A stretch of 19,671 bases of DNA, taken from the IMG/VR virus record IMGVR_UViG_2541047866_000010. One strand, given 5' to 3'. Position 1 is the stretch's first letter; every line of letters begins with the position of its first letter. The position numbers and the translations under genes were made by a program. Positions 16,427 through 19,671 of the stretch are shown piece after piece. The stretch is from a virus (lineage: Duplodnaviria > Heunggongvirae > Uroviricota > Caudoviricetes). The notes under the pieces are model-generated. The model was not told the origin of the DNA and did no database searches. It saw nothing but the letters and a program-made list of their open reading frames with translations.

Positions 16427-16809
16427 TGGCACATTCGATTACAGTAAGACTAAACAAACCCGCAAGAGAGTTTCAGGGCGGGGAAAATATCGGATTCAAC
16501 ATCCGTGCTGGCGTTCAGTATTACGATCGCCAGACAAAAAAGAAAGAATGGACAAACTACAGCGCCGTTGTATTTGCCAAGCCGGGAGCGCAAGCGGATT
16601 ACTATCGTAGCGTTCTGGTTGAAGGAGGCATTGTAGAAATTACCGGAGAAAACATCAGGGTTGATGTTTATCAGGGGCAAAATGGTCAATCAATCACTCT
16701 TGAATTACTGAATGCAAAGATTGGATTTGCAACTTCAGGAAACAGCCAACAGCAGCAAAGTAGCAATCATCAAAATAATCCTGAATACGACGATTCCATC
16801 CCATTCTGA
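16426..16809 (+). CDS. ssb: Single-stranded DNA-binding protein (phage SSB, ~127 aa)
   Basis: ATG at 16426 overlaps the erf stop (TAATG); Gln-rich tail and C-terminal acidic tip ...PEYDDSIPF characteristic of SSB. Confidence 0.85.
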   Translation: MAHSITVRLNKPAREFQGGENIGFNIRAGVQYYDRQTKKKEWTNYSAVVFAKPGAQADYYRSVLVEGGIVEITGENIRVDVYQGQNGQSITLELLNAKIGFATSGNSQQQQSSNHQNNPEYDDSIPF

Positions 16810-16832
16810 TTTAGAAAAATAAGGATTTAATT

Positions 16833-17129
16833 ATGCCAGCGCCTTTGTATGGTGCGGATGACCCGCGCCGCTGTTCCGGCAATTCCGTATCGGAGGTGCT
16901 GGATAAATTCAGAAAAAACTACGATCGAATAATGTCTCTACCGCAGGAAACGAAAGAGGAAAAGGAATTTCGCCACTGTATATGGCTTGCAGAGAAAGAA
17001 GAACGCGAGCGAATTTACCAGACATCAATCCGACCATTCCGCAAAGCCACATATACCCACTTCCCTGAATATATCGACCCGCGCCTGCGTAATTACCGCT
17101 CACGCTATGGCGCTATCAGTAATGACTGA
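16833..17129 (+). CDS. Hypothetical protein (98 aa), possibly Abc2-like anti-RecBCD protein
   Basis: AAGGAT ribosome-binding site; lies just downstream of erf-ssb where P22 encodes abc1/abc2. Sequence-level identification is an unverified recollection. Confidence 0.35.
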   Translation: MPAPLYGADDPRRCSGNSVSEVLDKFRKNYDRIMSLPQETKEEKEFRHCIWLAEKEERERIYQTSIRPFRKATYTHFPEYIDPRLRNYRSRYGAISND

Positions 17130-17223
17130 GGAATTTACCATGAGAGGACTTGCTTAAGAGAAAGAGTTTCGGTTCTGTTAATGACAACAAATATCTGAAT
17201 GCGATGTGGCGGAGTGGGAAGAA

Positions 17224-17742
17224 ATGAAACAAATGTCACTAATTGAGATGGATGGTTTTCTGAAAGGTAAATGCATCCCAAGTGATTTAAAGGTTAACGA
17301 AACAAACGCTGAATACCTTGTCCGTAAGTTCGGTGAACTTGAATCAAAACTGGAAACGGCGTTGCGGGAGTGTAGTTCTGCTGGAATCACGATTGATAAC
17401 CTTGAGGCTAAATGCGCGAAGATGGCTGCTGAAAATACCTCACTTAAGCAATCTGAGAAGGAATTTAATGACTTTTGTCGTGAGGAGTTTAGCGAATGGG
17501 AAGATGATGTTACTGAAACCCCAGCCACCGATGCTTTTCTGGCTGAAGTGCGGGCGCAGGGGGTGGATGCTGCTATAGAAGCTGCAAAAAATCTGGTGGC
17601 CCAAGAATATGAGTATAAGGATTTCAAAGCGGCGCAGAGTGATTGCTGTATGCACCCTGGTTCAGACCTGGTAGGGAAGGTTGAAATGACTGAGTGGTTA
17701 GTTGACTTTGCTGCCCAGCTTCGCAAAGGAGGCAACCAGTGA
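17224..17742 (+). CDS. Hypothetical protein (~172 aa; track ORF begins at GTG 17206)
   Basis: ATG at 17224 with GGAG about 9 nt upstream; acidic, predicted helical; no motif recognised. Confidence 0.4.
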   Translation: MKQMSLIEMDGFLKGKCIPSDLKVNETNAEYLVRKFGELESKLETALRECSSAGITIDNLEAKCAKMAAENTSLKQSEKEFNDFCREEFSEWEDDVTETPATDAFLAEVRAQGVDAAIEAAKNLVAQEYEYKDFKAAQSDCCMHPGSDLVGKVEMTEWLVDFAAQLRKGGNQ

Positions 17743-18038
17743 CTGTATGTCTTATTGATAAACGTCGACGTGGGCAACAAATACCATCTGTTGAAATGCC
17801 GAATCACACATGGTTTTGCGTACTTGATATCGATGGTATGGATACGTTGGTTGACACTCGTCATTACTGCGATACCGCAACAGCTACTCCGGCGAAAGCA
17901 AAGAAAATGGCTGCTCTGATAGAAAACTGGACTCCACCTGATGGTTGGTGCAATGGGAATGATCGAGATTGGCACGAAAAAATGAAGGGCTATATCTGCG
18001 ATTTTTTACGTAAATGCAACGGCTTCAGGGGGATGTGA
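17739..18038 (+). CDS. Hypothetical protein (99 aa), GTG start overlapping upstream stop
   Basis: AGGAGG 7 nt before GTG at 17739; Cys/Trp-rich. Confidence 0.4.
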   Translation: MTVCLIDKRRRGQQIPSVEMPNHTWFCVLDIDGMDTLVDTRHYCDTATATPAKAKKMAALIENWTPPDGWCNGNDRDWHEKMKGYICDFLRKCNGFRGM

Positions 18039-18039
18039 T

Positions 18040-18612
18040 ATGACCAAAATTAACTATCAGGCACTGCGTGAGGCGGCAGAACGTGCAATTCCGGCAATGG
18101 AACGCCTGTTAATGTTGCCAGTTGATGATGATTTGTTAAGTGAACAGGAACTTAAGGATTACGGTGTGGATATTGATGCGCTCAACGCCTTCAAATTTCT
18201 GACCGGACCAGAAACCGTGCTGGCGCTGCTGGATGAACGGGAAAGAAACCAGCAATACATCAAACGCCGCGACCAGGAGAACGAGGAAATTGCGCTAACG
18301 GTAGGGAAGCTGCGCGTTGAGCTGGAAGCTGCAGAGAAGCGCATTGCAGAACTGGAAGCCGAACCTGTAAGCCAAACTTACAAGTTGAACGAGCTGTCGG
18401 GCAACTATCCGGTAACTCCGGATGGTTGGATAAGCTGTAGTGAGCGAATGCCCGCTCAAGATGATTGGATTTTAATTTATTCAAAGCACGGCGAGTATAT
18501 GGCAGGACAGGTACAAGGGGAATACGTGGAGTTGAGCGACGGCACTTTATCGTGGTTAGGGAACGCCTTGTACTGGATGCCTCTACCGGAACCGCCGCAG
18601 GAGGTTAATTGA
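18040..18612 (+). CDS. Hypothetical prophage protein with DUF551-like C-terminal region
   Basis: 190 aa; C-terminal ...WISCSERMPAQDDWILIYS...LYWMPLPEPP resembles the DUF551 pattern seen in lambdoid early-left regions (recollection). Confidence 0.45.
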   Translation: MTKINYQALREAAERAIPAMERLLMLPVDDDLLSEQELKDYGVDIDALNAFKFLTGPETVLALLDERERNQQYIKRRDQENEEIALTVGKLRVELEAAEKRIAELEAEPVSQTYKLNELSGNYPVTPDGWISCSERMPAQDDWILIYSKHGEYMAGQVQGEYVELSDGTLSWLGNALYWMPLPEPPQEVN

Positions 18613-18896
18613 TGGTCTCCTTCGCGAAATATACGATTATTGACTGGATAGCATTCATTCAGGTTTTGCTCATCTGGTTTTATATGGCTTACAGGAGTGG
18701 ACAGTGGATTGTCAGTGTAGCCTGTAGCAATGGATGGCGTTGGTGGAACCGAAAGAATAAAAAAGCGCTGGCCTTGGCTTCGTTTTACGAAGCATTCAAT
18801 CTTAACAGTCTTCAGCCTGGTTTTGTCGTTGTAGTCACCACTCAAAGCGGCATGACGATACAAATTCACAAGCCAAAGGAGGAAGGTCGTGGCTAA
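18612..18896 (+). CDS. Small hydrophobic protein (~94 aa)
   Basis: ATG at 18612 overlaps the upstream stop (TGATG); hydrophobic N-terminal segment IIDWIAFIQVLLIWFYMAY; AT-rich. Confidence 0.4.
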   Translation: MVSFAKYTIIDWIAFIQVLLIWFYMAYRSGQWIVSVACSNGWRWWNRKNKKALALASFYEAFNLNSLQPGFVVVVTTQSGMTIQIHKPKEEGRG

Positions 18897-19173
18897 CCTG
18901 CAACTTGCCGTTAAAGGTGAATACTTCGATGCCATGATTCGCGGAGAGAAAACGGAAGAGTATCGCCTGTGTAATGACTACTGGAATAAGCGAATTATGT
19001 TCCGCGAGTATGACCGCCTGATTATCACAAAGGGATATCCGAAGCGCGACGATTCCAGCCGCAGAATTGACGTCCCGTATGACGGATATGAAATCAAGAC
19101 AATCACACATCCGCACTTCGGCGATAAACCGGTAAAGGTGTTCGCTATAAAGGTGAATATCGACAATGAATGA
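18889..19173 (+). CDS. Hypothetical protein (94 aa), possibly ASCH-domain-like
   Basis: AGGAGG 6-7 nt before GTG at 18889; N-terminal LAVKGEYFDAMIRGEKTEEYR resembles the ASCH motif (weak). Confidence 0.35.
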   Translation: MANLQLAVKGEYFDAMIRGEKTEEYRLCNDYWNKRIMFREYDRLIITKGYPKRDDSSRRIDVPYDGYEIKTITHPHFGDKPVKVFAIKVNIDNE

Positions 19174-19246
19174 TAATCCTCGCACTCGCGGGGATTTCTT
19201 TTATCTGAACTCGCTACGGCGGGTTTTGTTTTATGGAGATGATAAA

Positions 19247-19414
19247 TGCACTTCCGAGTCACAGGTGAATGGAATGGAGAGCCATTCAACAGAGTTATCG
19301 AAGCAGAGAACATCAACGACTGCTATGACCACTGGATGCTGTGGGCGCAGATAGCACATGCAGACGTAACTAATATTCGAATTGAAGAACTGAAAGAACA
19401 CCAAGCCGCCTGAT
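19247..19414 (+). CDS. Small hypothetical protein (55 aa, below track cutoff)
   Basis: Own translation MHFRVTGEWNGEPFNRVIEAENINDCYDHWMLWAQIAHADVTNIRIEELKEHQAA; GGAG 8 nt upstream; stop lies in the loop of a terminator hairpin. Confidence 0.35.
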
Positions 19415-19426
19415 GGCGGTTTTTTA
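19404..19426 (+). terminator. Rho-independent terminator (CCGCC-TGAT-GGCGG then T-run)
   Basis: Hairpin at 19406-19419 followed by TTTTTT at 19420-19425. Confidence 0.55.
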
Positions 19427-19470
19427 TTGCCTGATTTGCAGGTTCGATTCCCTATTCGGAGATAGCACTC

Positions 19471-19671
19471 ATGCAACACGAACTACAACCTGATTCACTG
19501 GTTGATTTGAAATTCATCATGGCCGATACTGGCTTCGGTAAAACCTTCATCTATGACCGGATTAAGTCCGGCGACCTGCCAAAAGCCAAAGTTATCCACG
19601 GGCGAGCAAGATGGTTATATCGTGACCATTGTGAATTCAAAAATAAGCTCTTAAGCCGCGCCAATGGGTAA
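19471..19671 (+). CDS. xis: AlpA-family HTH protein, likely excisionase (Xis)
   Basis: 66 aa with AlpA-like pattern (LKFIMADTGFGKTFIYDRIKSGDLPKAKVI); last gene of the PL operon in the window, where xis precedes int in lambdoid phages. Confidence 0.55.
   Translation: MQHELQPDSLVDLKFIMADTGFGKTFIYDRIKSGDLPKAKVIHGRARWLYRDHCEFKNKLLSRANG

Noticed and set aside
17178-17975. 265-aa Ser-rich minus-strand ORF
   Set aside because: Antisense to two well-supported plus-strand genes with ribosome-binding sites and translational coupling; low-complexity composition.
18477-19316. Three overlapping minus-strand ORFs (18477..18935, 18835..19185, 18978..19316)
   Set aside because: Antisense to the coupled plus-strand PL-operon genes; arise from AT-rich sequence; no start-context support.
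1-19671. CRISPR arrays or rRNA genes
   Set aside because: No regularly spaced short direct repeats with unique spacers, and no rRNA-like sequence; the only tandem repeats are the origin iterons.

Overview
This window is a mosaic lambdoid prophage segment, enterobacterial in type, carrying two IS3 copies in inverted orientation. Calls rest on reading the six-frame translations and the DNA by eye against remembered phage proteins; no database search was run. Minus strand, from low to high coordinates: an IS3 right end (1-101) abutting a truncated terminase large subunit, terminase small subunit, a Rha-family gene, a lambda-like lysis cassette (Rz/Rz1, R, S), a phage-82/21-type Q antiterminator, a nin region (NinH, RusA, YbcO-like, Roi-like, NinF, NinE, NinB), a complete IS3 (7749-9058) inserted between the ninB ribosome-binding site and its GTG start with a 3-bp TAC duplication, four small ORFs, a DnaB-type helicase, an O-like initiator with internal iterons, lambda-type cII and P22-type cro. 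Plus strand: P22-type c2 repressor with three operators, PL/nutL, an N-like antiterminator, an AT-rich unknown gene, Erf, SSB, several hypotheticals and an AlpA-type excisionase at the window edge. No rRNA, tRNA or CRISPR array was recognised by eye. The prophage is probably defective. The best candidates for undescribed accessory functions are the small-ORF cluster at 9066-9890 and the AT-rich gene at 14729-15199; neither has an assignable function from sequence alone.
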